Assembly (NCBI GenBank): GCA_951406725.2
Contig: OX597815.1
Span: 33,418,001 to 33,482,000, forward strand
Direction of reading: 5' to 3'
DNA: 64,000 nt
Origin: Octopus vulgaris
Lineage: Eukaryota
A program made the translations under genes and the position numbers. The notes under the pieces were generated by a model. That model was not told where the DNA came from, did not search any database, and was given only the letters and a program-made list of their open reading frames with translations. Shown piece after piece: positions 1-11,900 of this stretch. Within the stretch, counting starts at the first letter, position 1; every line of letters starts with the position of its first letter.

Positions 1-5
1 CTTTT

Positions 6-165
6 GGAGTGGCTGTGTGGTAAGTAGCTTGTTTACCAACCACATGGTTCCGGGTTCAGTCCCACTGCTTGGCACCTTGGGCAAGTGTCTTCTACTATAG
101 CCTCAGGCCGACCAAAGTCTTGTGAGTGGATTTGGTAGACGGAAACTGAAAGAAGCCCGGTCATA

Positions 166-216
<51 letters not shown>

Positions 217-422
217 TTGTGTGTCTGTGTTTGTCCGTTTGTCCCCCTAACATTGCTTGACAACCGATACTGGTGTGTTTATGTCCCCATCACTTAGCGG
301 TTCAGCAAAAGAGACCGATAGAATAAGTACTGGGCTTACAAAGAATAAGTCCCAGGTTGAGTTGCTCAATTAAAGGCGGTGCTCCAGCATGGCTGCAGTC
401 AAATGACTGAAACAAGTAAAAA
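6..422 (+). mobile_element. tRNA-derived SINE, family A (bipartite, internal TA/TG microsatellite)
   Basis: A-box-like TGGCTGTGTGG, B-box-like GGTTCAGTCCC, CORE-like GGCACCTTGGGCAAGT and tail ...GACTGAAACAAGTAAAA; more than 10 copies in the window. Confidence 0.85.
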
Positions 423-1039
423 AAAATATTAGAAAATACTGAGAAAAAGATAAGATGGATCTGGGCTTTGGATAGAATTCCTTTCATCGTTAAATTTATT
501 CAATCTGGACCTACTTGGAGATAAACAATGACAACTATATTATAACACAACATTGTATATGACAATCCTACATATCTACACTCTAGCACAATACTTTTAT
601 GCTACACAACACCACACAACTAAAATGCATTATACTTCACACACACACACACACACACATTCACATGCACATACATATATCCGTTCACATGCACATGCAC
701 ATACATTTAACCATTCACACACCCCAAAATTCCATCTCTCTTACTCTTTCTCTCTTTATTTCTCTAAAACTTCTCTCAACCACAACAATAGTGGTGACTT
801 AATCAGACAAATGTTTAGGATAGACTGCAAATATCAGCAAGGATTACCAATCAAATATTAATAGCAGGAAATATAGAATTGATGTCGTATAATTAATAAA
901 TGCTTGGAAATCCAAATGATATGATACATTGTCAACTAGGATGAGTTGAGAGATTTGACACACAGAGAAGGTCATAGTAAACAGAGATCTTATCTGTGCA
1001 TTAGCTTATGGTGTAGAAGTTGTTGTTTGGTCATTTTCC

Positions 1040-1640
1040 TGATAATGATGATGTTCTCAAGAATTATAGTAATGGTTTTGGTGATGATGGTGGTGGTTAT
1101 CTTGATGCTGGTGGAGAAGCCTCGGTTATGATGGTGGGGTAGTCTTGGTGATGTGAGTGGTGGTGGTGGTGGTTATTTGATGCTGGTGGAGCAGCCTTGG
1201 TTATGATGGTGGTGGTGGTGGTGGTGGTTATTTGATGCTGGTGGAGCAGCCTTGGTTATGATGGTGGTGGTGGTGGTGGTGGTGGTGGTGGTGGTGGTGG
1301 TAATGGTAATGGTGGTTATTGTGGTCTTGGTGATAGAGGTAGCGACAATGGTCATGGTTTTGAGGATGGTCTTCCTTATAAAGGGCAGGTGATTTTGATG
1401 ACAATGGTGGTGGTGGTGGTCATAGTGATGATGGTCTTCAGGATGGTGGTGGTGGTGGTGGTAGCAGTCTTGGTGATATTAATGATGGTGGTAGTCTTGG
1501 TGATGATGAAAATGGTGGTGGTGGTGGTGGTGGTGGTGGTGGTGGTGGATGAGGGGTGGGAGGAGAGTGCTCCCCTATTCCTTTTCCTTTCTTTCCTGGT
1601 GGTGGTAGTGGTGGTGGTGCAGGTGGAGGTGGTTGAGGGA
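1040..1640. repeat. Degenerate (GGT/GAT)n low-complexity tract with 3 copies of an internal ~45 bp unit
   Basis: GGTGGT runs; unit GGTTAT(T/CT)TGATGCTGGTGGAG(C/A)AGCCT(T/C)GGTTATGATGG at ~1095, ~1171 and ~1226. Confidence 0.85.
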
Positions 1641-2160
1641 GGTCCATCTTTGTCATCACAGTGTCAGTGATGTTAACAGAGGTTGATACTGTGTTCAGGA
1701 TATTGTCATTATTTAACCCCCAGATCAGTTCTGAACCAACAGTCCTATCAAAAAGGGAGTTCTCATATTGACTATCCCAACTTTTGTTTTTAGAAATAAG
1801 GTAAATGCAATTGCAGAAGAGCCTCACGTATGTAATAAATAAAATATGCAATAAGTGGGTCAAAATCTTTGACTAACTGAGATTATTCATGCAATTAACA
1901 GACAAAAAAACTCCCTCTAAAAGTATTTAAAAATCTAAAAATATCAACTAGAGAGGCAGCTACTATACTATCAGGTGGCCTAAATATGTGAACATTTTAG
2001 CTCTTTTTTCTAGCAATATAGGTGTTTCTAATACCCTAGTCATATTTAGTGACAATTATAGTTTTCCTTTTTTGATAAAACTTTGTACAATGCTGTCTAT
2101 ATTAATTTTTTATATATGAATATATATATATAATTGACATATCGGTTCCATTCTAGCAAA

Positions 2161-2205
2161 AACTGTCCGATGAACGGCAACGGGAAACTCAGAGTAACAG
2201 GTTTT
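2161..2205 (+). ncRNA. Variant hammerhead-like motif
   Basis: CTGT-CCGATGA-A-CG GCAA CG-G-GAAA-CTCAGAG-TA-ACAG; helix I CTGT/ACAG pairs, but the core has U4C. Confidence 0.3.
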
Positions 2206-2530
2206 GTTGAATTTTCTGCTGCTTTAAATGAAGCATATTACTCTTTTTCCACCTTGTTTCACATTTATGTGTACCACTGGTATTTGAATACTCTTTTTTC
2301 CACCTTGTTTCACATTTATGTGTTTACTCTGGTATATATATATATATATATATATATACAAATTGAGATAGGGGTTGTAAATGCAACCCTCCATGGGATA
2401 ACATATATCCAATATACTGCTAGTGAAGTACCCAACAAAGTTAATACATAAATGTTAAGGATTGCAATGCAATCAATTCATTTACTGTATTATATGGGCA
2501 AAGGTAAAATGATTTACCACAAATTACTAA

Positions 2531-2979
2531 TATAAGATAAGAAAATGGAGAAATACATCTAAATTAAATATCAATTATCAGATAATACTCAATCACATAA
2601 TTTATTAAACCACCACATAAGAGACTGTAGGGTTAGACATAAAAAGGCAGAACAAATCAGTGTACACAAAGGAATGTACATAAAAAAGTGTACATAAAAG
2701 AGTAATGTTGTATAATAAGTAGAATATATATAAAAAAGAGAATATAAATATAAGTAAATATAAATATTATATTCTCTTTTTTATATATATTCTACTTATT
2801 ATACAACATTACTCTTTTATGTACACTTTTTTATGTACATTCCTTTGTGTACACTGATTTGTTCTGCTTTTTTATGTCTAACCCTACAGTCTCTTATGTG
2901 GTGGTTTAATAAAGTATGTGATTGAGTATTATATGATAATTGATATTTGATTTAGATGTAGTTCTCCATTTTCTTATCT

Positions 2980-2985
<6 letters not shown>
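2531..2985. repeat. Long fold-back palindrome (arms ~215 bp, AT-rich loop ~20-25 nt)
   Basis: AAGATAAGAAAATGGAG...AAAAAAGAGAATATAA is mirrored by TTATATTCTCTTTTTT...CTCCATTTTCTTATCTT. Confidence 0.95.
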
Positions 2986-3014
<29 letters not shown>

Positions 3015-3107
3015 AATTTTCTGCTGCTTTAAATAAAGCATATTACTCTACCACTGGTATTTGAGTACTCTTTTTTCCACCTTGTTTCACATTTATGTGT
3101 TTACTCC

Positions 3108-3148
<41 letters not shown>

Positions 3149-3149
3149 A

Positions 3150-3354
3150 GTTAATCCAAACATGAAAACACAAAGAAAAAACACAACAATGCGAGGACAT
3201 GGAACAAGCATAGTGTTTTTGGACGCTCAGGAAAGGAAAGAAAGAAGGAGGATTTAACGTTTCGAGCGGAGCTCTTCGTCAGAAACATAGGAAAAGGAAA
3301 GATCCAAGGAAGGGAAGATGGAGTGAAACAAATCACCAACAATACACATGCGGT

Positions 3355-3356
<2 letters not shown>
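3150..3356 (-). mobile_element. Short HHR-bearing element (Penelope pLTR/retrozyme-like) between (TA)n and (TG)n
   Basis: Contains the hammerhead motif at 3252-3286; a related element lies at 5523-5710. Confidence 0.6.
3252..3286 (-). ncRNA. Minimal type I hammerhead ribozyme motif
   Basis: Minus strand GTTT-CTGACGA-A-GAGC TCC GCTC-GAAA-CG-TT-AAAT: intact CUGANGA and GAAA, 4-bp helix II, palindromic ACGU helix III, helix I GUUU/AAAU. Confidence 0.75.
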
Positions 3357-3413
<57 letters not shown>

Positions 3414-3486
3414 ATGTATATACATACATACATATATATTGTTGTATTAAGGGATGGTCATTGTTTTTTTTGGCCAAATAAACACA

Positions 3487-3776
3487 TGCACTATATAGTC
3501 ATTCCTCACTCATTTATTATTGTTCTTGTTCTAACTCATGTCCGTTGTCCAGAAATCTTTCGTCACACATCTGTGACCTCTTCAGCAACACTTTCTGTCT
3601 TCATGTGTGCTCTTGTGCTACTTATTTGAGAATGAACTAAGTGGCGCAAAAGCACACACGAAGACAGAAAGTGTTGCTGAAGAGGTCACAGATGTGTGAC
3701 AAAAGATTTCTTGACAATGGACATGAGTTAGAATAAGAACAGTAACAAACAAGTGAAGAATGACTATTTAGTGCAA
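3487..3776. repeat. Fold-back palindrome (~140 bp arms) with an HHR motif in each arm
   Basis: Arms mirror around ~3630; minus-strand CTGAAGA-G-GTCACA GATG TGTGAC-GAAA at 3557-3585; plus-strand copy at 3677-3704 has GAAA changed to AAAA. Confidence 0.85.
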
Positions 3777-3971
3777 GAATATCTGTTTCAACACACAATT
3801 TCACATCAGGAATCTTGCAACACAAATACATAAATGTATATATACACAAATTCATAAACATGTGTGCGTGTGTTGAGGTGGCACTAAAATATCTAACTTT
3901 TTCTAACAGTAGTAGTATAATACCTTGTAATGCAATTCTAGACAATGTTCAGAAGGCTTAATAGAACATAA

Positions 3972-4366
3972 TCTCTATATATATAAAGCTGAAGTTGTCT
4001 GCGTATGGCAGGTTTGGTAGCCTTCAACTAACACTATCTCCTCCGAGACCCTGTGGCGCAAGTTGACCAAAATTGAGAGTTTGATAGAAGGCTTGCTCTT
4101 CCTTCCATAGAAGAAAAAATTCAAATCGGACCATGTTAACACCAAAAATTATTTACATCAAAAAGGTGCTTTTTTTTCTCTGAAAATCCCTATTTTTTTA
4201 CGATTTTTTGACTGCTGTGTCGCCATTTTTCAGTGTATTTCAACCAGAAAAATAAATGTTCGCTTAAAGAGAATAACAAGCTACAAAATGCAAAATTTTT
4301 ACTTTTCAAAAATTCCAATTCTAAAGGTTCGAAACAAATCCGAGCAATGCCGGGCGATACTGCTAG
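3972..4366 (+). mobile_element. Non-autonomous Helitron
   Basis: 5' TC after an A; 3' subterminal hairpin CCGAGCAATGCCGGG followed by CTAG then T; no TSD. Confidence 0.8.
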
Positions 4367-4918
4367 TTTATTATAAGAGGAAATGACAATAGCATTAAAT
4401 CAAGGTTTGCTTGACAGCATACATGGTATAGCATTCAGAGGTATGATATAACAGTGTTTTAATTGAACAAAAGAAAAGTTCAAGCTATTCATTATAGGGT
4501 CAAAAATCCAAAAGAATGTGTATGCAGCATAAATAACATGTAGCACTTAATGTTACAGTATATTGTGAACTGTGAACAGGATAAATGTTCAAACAGTCCA
4601 TAAATAGTTATTTAGTTCTAGAATGTTTCTTCCTTCGATATTGTCTACATGGTGGAGTTGAGTTGAGACAGAAACAGGACAATAAGTCTTTCTCACTTGG
4701 ATGCCTAGCTCGAACTCACTAAAACTTTCTTGTGACTAAGTGAAATTGTTGCATTCTTTTTATTAGGTCATATATATAGATTTTCCTACAAACACTCTTT
4801 CTCCATTGTCTATGTTGACTCTTACATGAGAACAAAGCCAAATGACACTATTGTTGTTTACAACTAGTGAACACACAAGATGAGGGGAAGTATAAACTCA
4901 CTCACACAAAAAACACAG

Positions 4919-4919
<1 letters not shown>

Positions 4920-5011
<92 letters not shown>

Positions 5012-5260
5012 TGTGTGTGTGTGCATGTGTGTGTATGTTTGTGTGTGTGTTTATGTATGTATGTATTCATGTATGTATGTATGTATGTATGTATGTATGT
5101 ATGCATGCATGCATGTATGTATGTATGTATGTATGTATGTATGTATGTATGTATGTATGTATGTATGTATGTATGTATGTATGTATGTATGCATGTATGT
5201 ATACATGTAAGTATGTATGTATGTATGTATGTATGTATGTATGCATGCATGCATGCATGT
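4920..5260. repeat. (TG)n/(TATG)n compound microsatellite
   Basis: Directly visible; source of spurious CV/MYVC ORFs. Confidence 0.95.
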
Positions 5261-5522
5261 AACATTCAGCAATGACCAACTGATAATAATGAGTTGAAAC
5301 AATTGTAGCAATGTGTAAAATAACGATTTTATGAAGTGGTTTTTTTCAAACAACAAAAAAACAGAGTACAAGACATACAGCACAAGGAATATTCCCCTTC
5401 TTCAGCTGCCCCTGCTTCGTCTACTTCATGTTTCGAAGGTAAGGGCAAGACACGACTTCGTTGAAACAGTCCTTCCCGCAAAGCAAATTAAATAAATTTT
5501 GGGATTTTATGCATATATATAT

Positions 5523-5710
5523 AGTTAAAATTTAGAGAATAACAAAAGTGAAGATAGGTGTATAAACAACAAGCAGGTGTATTAGTTTAATGCTTGGGAA
5601 GGTGAGAAAGTCTTTTACATTTCGAGCCTACATTCTTCAACAGAAAGGAACATGAGGAAATAAACAGAGGGAGAATATAAAAAAAACTGTGGATTTAGTG
5701 GTCAATTTAC
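5523..5710 (-). mobile_element. Short element with a decayed HHR, flanked by (TA)n
   Basis: Minus strand CTTT-CTGTTGA-AGAAT GTAG GCTC-GAAA-TG-TA-AAAG at ~5612-5647; helix I CTTT/AAAG is retained, core and helix II are mutated. Confidence 0.5.
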
Positions 5711-5810
5711 ATATATATATTTTATTTATTACATTATTGTATGACTGAGCACCCTCGCGTCGATTCAATTCGATTCGTTTTGTTTCGTTTCGTTTCTTCT
5801 TCTCCCAGTA

Positions 5811-5883
<73 letters not shown>

Positions 5884-6877
5884 TGTATGTATATGTGTGT
5901 GTATGTATGTATGTACACATGCACAAGATGCCATATAGTGAAACTAAATCCACTGTATGGCACCTTCAAACTTCATAATAACACAATATTTAGTTTTATG
6001 CTTCCCCAGCCTCAGTTTAAATCCCACTGGATCAAGAAAATCAGTACCAGCTATATATTGATTCTATCAGTTAACTAATCCTCTTTCCTATCACTTGTTG
6101 CTTTCTGCTAATTTATGATAACACTATTTACTCAAAACTGTATCAGTAACATTTCCAGTCATGTAACTAAATGTAATTTACAATGTAACCTACTTAAAAA
6201 CTTTGATTCTGTCAGCAGTGCTAAAGTACAGAAGCTAAATGGCTGGCTTCCCATCTTTTCCACAGCATTATACTCCATAACAAAGCATTGAGCCATTAGT
6301 TGAAAGACTTCAATGTGTTATCCAGTGATCTGCATTTATGATGCTTGCTTATTGTTTCAACATACGATATACTGGATCAATAAGCCAGCTACCAACAAGG
6401 AGACTATTGCTAGCATATGCATACAACAATTTTTTTCCCCTGATGTAGTTTTCACAAGTACCACGGGATCATTACTTTTTTTTATTGATATCTATCATAT
6501 ACAACCAGTAGCCATAAATGCATAAATGGATCCATGATAATACCAGAAGATAACTTTGTGGAATACATTCAAGGTTATGTTAATTCTTTGAGAAATTCAT
6601 ACTACATGTTCAGAGTAATATAGAATTGATAAGAATAAATCTAAATTGTAATTAGGTGTTGGTCATTTCCAGTGGCTAGAAAGAGTGTAATGATAAGATC
6701 TATATTCTGTCAATATTGAGGTTGGTGAAGATAGCCAAGACAGTAATACACCAGACAAAAACGTTTTACTGTCTCCAGTTGACTAATACATACATATGCA
6801 CACGAAATAAAACTGAATAATGACATACATATATATAAAAGTACATACATATATTGTGTGTGCAAGTCCATTGTTGC

Positions 6878-6911
<34 letters not shown>

Positions 6912-6924
6912 TCTTTTATTCTTT

Positions 6925-7290
6925 TTCTTTTACTTGTTTCAGTCATTTGACTGCAGCCATGCTGGAGCACTGCCTTTAGTCAAAGAAATCAACCACAAGA
7001 CTTATTCTATCAGTTGCTTTGCCAAGCTGCTAAGTTACAGGGGACGTAAACACACCAACATCAGTTGTCATGCGATGGTTGGGGGACAAACACAGACGCA
7101 CATATATATACATATATTTATCTTATATATATGACGAGCTTCTTTCAGTTTCTGTCTACCAAATCTACTCATAAGGCTTTGGTTGGCCTGAAGTTGTAGT
7201 AGAAGATGCTTGCCCAAGGTGCCATGCAATGGGACTGAACCTAGAACTATGTGGTTGGGAAGCAAGCTTTTTACCACACAGCCACACCTG
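6925..7290 (-). mobile_element. SINE family A
   Basis: Reverse complement of the 6-422 element. Confidence 0.85.
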
Positions 7291-7755
7291 TACCTCCACA
7301 CAGCCACAAATGTGCTTCCACACAGCCACATTTGCACCTCTCTACAACCATGTGTATGTGTGTGTATCTATATATACATATGTATGTTTGTGTATGTATA
7401 TATGTATATGTATCTATAAATATATGTATATGCATACACACACACACACACATGTGTGTATGTATGTATGTATGTATGTGTGTATGTATGTATGTATGTA
7501 TGTATGTATGTATGTATGTATGCATGTACGTATGCATGCATGCATTCATGCATACTGCATGTATATATATATGTATACACATATGTCATAATCTAAAAGT
7601 TAGAAAATATATGAAAAACATTTCAATCTAATGCACAATATTGAACAGCCACACCTGGGGTGAAACTAAGAGAGTTCAGTCAACTTTTGATATAATAGAT
7701 ATGTGTATGTGTCTGTGTCTGTTTGTTTTGTGTGTAGGTGGGTCAGTGAACGAGT

Positions 7756-7802
7756 GTTTATTACATCAGTTTCACCAGCTGAGCTGTTCATGAGTACTAA
7801 AC
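7756..7802 (-). ncRNA. Degenerate hammerhead motif
   Basis: Minus strand CTCATGA-ACAGC TCA GCTGGT-GAAAC-TGAT-GTA-ATAAAC; G5 is mutated. Confidence 0.4.
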
Positions 7803-7944
7803 TTTTGATGAAACTCAGGGTACACTGTCGACATTTTATATAATTAATATATCTATCTATTGTACCCATCATATTGAGTTCTATATCAAATAATGTTAGT
7901 ATTGTGTAAAATATATTTGAATATACTTAACAACTCTGAAGTTC

Positions 7945-8310
7945 ACTTCTTAACCACATGACTCTGGGTTCAGCCCCACACAGTGTGACACCTTGGACCA
8001 AAGTCTTCTACAATAACCCTTGGCTGATTAAAGCCCTGTGAATGGATTTAGTAGATGGAAACTGAAAGAAACCTATCATAATAGTGTGAGCATATATATG
8101 TATTTAATTATGAGTGAACATGTGTCTCATTGTGTTTGGTTTGCCAATACTCCTGCATGACAACCACTGTGAGTTTGTTTATGTCCCTGTAACTTAGTGA
8201 CTCAGCAATAAAGATCGATAGAATAAATACTGGGGTTGATTTGTTCAACCAAACCCTTCAACCCTGCATCCCAGCATGGCCACAGTCCATTGACAGAAAC
8301 AAGCAATGGG
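7945..8310 (+). mobile_element. SINE family A, diverged
   Basis: Matches both halves of family A. Confidence 0.75.
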
Positions 8311-8351
8311 TAAAAGATGATATATCAGTGACTTCATAACATACTGCCAAT

Positions 8352-8655
8352 CAGGTACATGGCTCCCAGTCATGAGGTAGTCAGTTTGATTCCTGTGTTG
8401 TGTTCTTGAACAAGACACTTTATTTCACATTGTTCCAGTTCACTCAGTTGCAGAAATGAGTTGCGATGTCACTGGTGCCAAGTTTGGCTTTCCCTTGGAT
8501 AACATCAGTGGAGTGGAGAGAGGAGGCTGGTATGCATGGGTGACTGCTGGTCTTCCATAAACAAATTTACCCAAACTTGTGCCTCGGAGGCTAACTTTCT
8601 AGGTGGAATCCCATGGTCATTCATTATTGAAGGGAGTCTTTACCTCACTTTACTT
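8352..8655 (+). mobile_element. tRNA-SINE family D with GTGTTGTGTTCTTGAACAAGACACTT core and TTTACC-type tail
   Basis: Similar head/core at ~39066-39150 and ~55160-55220. Confidence 0.6.
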
Positions 8656-8662
8656 TATTTTA

Positions 8663-9265
8663 TATATACAAACTTGTTGTCAGTTCAAATATGCTTCAAG
8701 CATATTTGAACTCATAAGAAAACCATTCACTGTATTTTGTTATGGAGAAAATTTCTCGCTGTAGACAAATCAGTGTAAATACACTAAACCAGCTTACAGC
8801 ACTCCATAACCTGAATGTTGGATGCACGTATTTCGGAGTGGTTATCTCCTCTTCAACCACAAAGACCAGAAAAGTAGATGCTGTGAACTGACACAAGAGA
8901 CAGGTCCTTCTTATGATATACCCATCATCATTCAATGACTTCTTGTGCTATGCAGCAGCTCACCATAAACAAAATACGGGATGACAGAGCTAAGCAATGA
9001 GGTGTATAAATACAAGCTTGTTACCAGTTCAATATGCTTGTGGCATATTAGAATCCATAAAAAATCCATTCACTGTATTTTATCATGGAGAAAATTTCTC
9101 ACTGTTGACAAATAGGTGTAAATACATCAAGTCAGCTTGCAGCATTCCCTAACCAGACTGCAGGATGCATGCATTTTGGAATGGTTATCTCCTCTTCTGT
9201 CACAGAAACAGGAAAGGCAGACTTAACAAACTGACATGAGAGACAGATCCTTCTAATGATATCCT
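8663..9265. repeat. Diverged tandem duplication (period ~340 bp)
   Basis: 8663-8925 aligns with 9005-9265 (shared CCATTCACTGTATTTT...ATGGAGAAAATTTCTC...GTGTAAATACA). Confidence 0.85.
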
Positions 9266-9279
9266 CAATATATGGCAGT

Positions 9280-9575
9280 AATCACGTGATCACGTAACCG
9301 ACTAGGCTATCAGATGTTAATACACATCGCTGGTTACAATGCGCTTCGCATTGTTTTAGCCTTCAAATGACGCCATCCCGCAGGCCAACAGAAGAAAGAG
9401 TGAGAGAAAGTTGTGGCGAAAGAGTACAGCAGGGATTGCCACTACCCCCTGCCGGAGCCTCGTGGAGCTTTAGGTGTTTTCGCTCAATAAACATTCACAA
9501 CGCCCAGTCTGGGAATCGAAACTGCGATCCTAAGACCACGTATCCACTGCCCAAACCACTGGGCCATTGTGCCTG
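9280..9575 (-). mobile_element. tRNA-SINE
   Basis: Minus-strand head GGCACAATGGCCCAGTGGTT...GTTTCGATTCCC; tail shared with 55280-55385 (+). Confidence 0.65.
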
Positions 9576-10169
9576 TACTATATAATGGAGTTAAACTAAG
9601 TAGGGATCTTGTACCATGCATGTTTCTTAGCATAACATGACATATGTATATATAAGTGTCTTTTACTATTGCATTGGGCTGACCAAAGCCTTGTGAGTGA
9701 ATTTGGTAAACAGAAACTGAAAGAAGTCTCATCATCATCATCATCATCTTTGTTTATTGTCCACCTTCCATGCTGGCATGGGTTGGACGATTTGACAAGA
9801 GCAAGTCAAGTAGAAGATTACACCAGGCTTCTGTGTTGATTTTGGCATGGTTTTTATGGTTGGTTGCCCTTCCTAACACCAACCATCCTACTCGTGTGTG
9901 TGCGTGTGTGTGAGTGTGTGTCTGTGTGTGTATGTGTGCGTGCATGTGTGCATGCGTGCATGTATGTGTGTGTCTTTGTGTCTGTGTTTATAACCTCTTA
10001 ACAACTGGTGCTGATGTGTTTATGTCCCCATAACTAAGCAGTTTGGTAAAAGAGGTAGAACAAACACCAGACATGACAACAAATAAGTTCCAGGGTTGAT
10101 TCATTCAACTAAAAATTCTTCAAAGCAATGTTCCAGCATGGCCATGGTCTAATGATTGAAACAAGTAAA

Positions 10170-10348
10170 TCATCATCATCATCATCATCATCATCGTTTA
10201 ACATCCGCTTTCCATGCTAGCATGTGTTGGACGATTTTGACTGAGGGCTGGTGAACCAGATGGCTGCACCAGGCTCCAATCTTGATCTGGCAGAGTTTCT
10301 ACAGCTGGATGTCCTTCCTAACGCCAACCACTCCGAGAGTGTAGTGGG
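10170..10348 (-). mobile_element. SINE/LINE 3'-end family C with (GAT)n tail
   Basis: (CAT)n-CGTTTAAC(G/A)TCCG(C/T)TTTCCATGCTAGCATG; related copies at ~9730, 12668, 22700(+), 34790, 43920, 44515, 48635, 53720(+), 55780. Confidence 0.75.
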
Positions 10349-11199
10349 TAAAAGAAAAGATTTATTGTCCAAACCTTGCTGCCATGGGATACAAAAGTTA
10401 ACTGATGATGATGATGATGATGGTGGTGGTGATGATGATGATGATTGTGGTTACAGGCAACTATGCTGTCCCCTTATATGAAACATCTTGTATTACATAA
10501 CCTTTGAAATATAAAATAACACATTCAGCCTTCAAACTCGTTAAGTACTTTTTTATGATTTGTAAACATTTTATATATATAGCAGACCAAATAGCTACCC
10601 ACACATGTACCCAAAGCCTAATATTTTATCTATTTAGCCATTTAGCCATTTAGCCCTCTAACCTTTTATTTTCCTATAAATATAAATTATTTGCTAAATT
10701 AATCCTTGCTGTACAGGCTTTGGGTGGAAGTTTCTCAATCGTGAAAACCCCGTTTAATACCTGTAACCACCATTTCCTCTTGGAATAATTGTAGTTTTAT
10801 ATATCTATCACTGAAAAGTAAGTGACATTTGCATGAACTGTAATATTAGAAGGAAAAAAATTAAATCTCTCTCTTTCTCTTTCTCTCTCTCTCTTTCTCT
10901 TTCCTCTCTCTCTCTCTCTCCCCCTCATCTTTTCTTTTTGTTTTTTTATGTGATTTATCTGGGATGGGGTGGCTGACTGAAGCTAGCATCAAAAATTGAA
11001 AGAATAAGATAAAAGAACGATGATAAGAGGAATTAAGAAGAGGAGGAGGAGGAGGATCATCATCATCATGACTTTAAGTGGGAGTATACTAAAGTGTAGG
11101 CAGTTGGTGACAATGACAATGAGGAGAGGGAGGAGGAGGAAGAGGCAAAGATCATTGTCATCATCATCATCATCATCATTGTTGTTAATGCCACTGGGA

Positions 11200-11900
11200 T
11201 TACCATCACCACCACCACCACCACCACCACCGCCGCCGCCAACACCATCACCTCTACTACCAACACCATCATCATTCATCATCATGCAACTACCATTATC
11301 ATCATCAGCAACATCAGTAGCTGCAGCAGCACCACCACCATCACTGCCACCACCATCACCTCCACTACCAACACCATCATCATTCATCATCATGCAACTA
11401 CCATTATCATCATCAGCAACATCAGTAGCTGCAGCAGCACCACCACCACCACCACTGCCACCACCATCACCTCCACTACCAACACCACCATCATCATCAT
11501 CATGCAACCACCATTATCATCATCAGCAACATCAGTAGCTGCAACAGCACCACCACCACCACTGCCACCACCATCACCTCCACTACCAACACCATCATCA
11601 TCATCATGCAACTACCATTATCATCATCAGCAACATCAGTAGCTGCAGCAGCACCACTACCACCACTGCCGCCAACACCATCACCTCCACTACCAACACC
11701 ATCATCATCATCATCATGCAACTACCATTATCATCATCAGCAACATCAGTAGCTGCAGCAGCACCACTACCACCACTGCCGCCAACACCATCACCTCCAC
11801 TACCAACACCATCATCATCATCATCATGCCACCACCATTATCATCATCAGCAACATCAGTAGCTGCAGTAGCATGAGCAGCACCGCACCACCACCACCAT
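11200..11900. repeat. Minisatellite, ~6 copies of a ~105-112 bp unit built from CAT/CAC triplets
   Basis: CATCATGCAACTACCATTATCATCATCAGCAACATCAGTAGCTGCAGCAGCACCACC... at ~11280, 11388, 11499, 11603, 11712, 11822. Confidence 0.9.

Noticed and set aside
6-80. tRNA gene
   Set aside because: A/B boxes only; it is a SINE head without a cloverleaf
33-487. Recurrent ORFs such as LLSVSVYQIHSQ...EPCGW
   Set aside because: Antisense readings of SINE family A
946-1863. Pro/His/Thr/Val-rich ORFs (formin- or extensin-like)
   Set aside because: Degenerate (GGT)n repeat; stops and frame changes; no domain or splice support
4864-5383. CV/HT/MYVC ORFs here and at many other loci (e.g. 7229-7631, 26137-26472)
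   Set aside because: Translations of (TG)n, (TATG)n and (TA)n microsatellites
5376-5475. Minus-strand CTGAAGA plus hairpin, and a separate GAAACATG
   Set aside because: The two core halves are not in HHR order or spacing
11200-11900. CRISPR-like regular array
   Set aside because: No unique spacers; eukaryotic minisatellite; no cas genes
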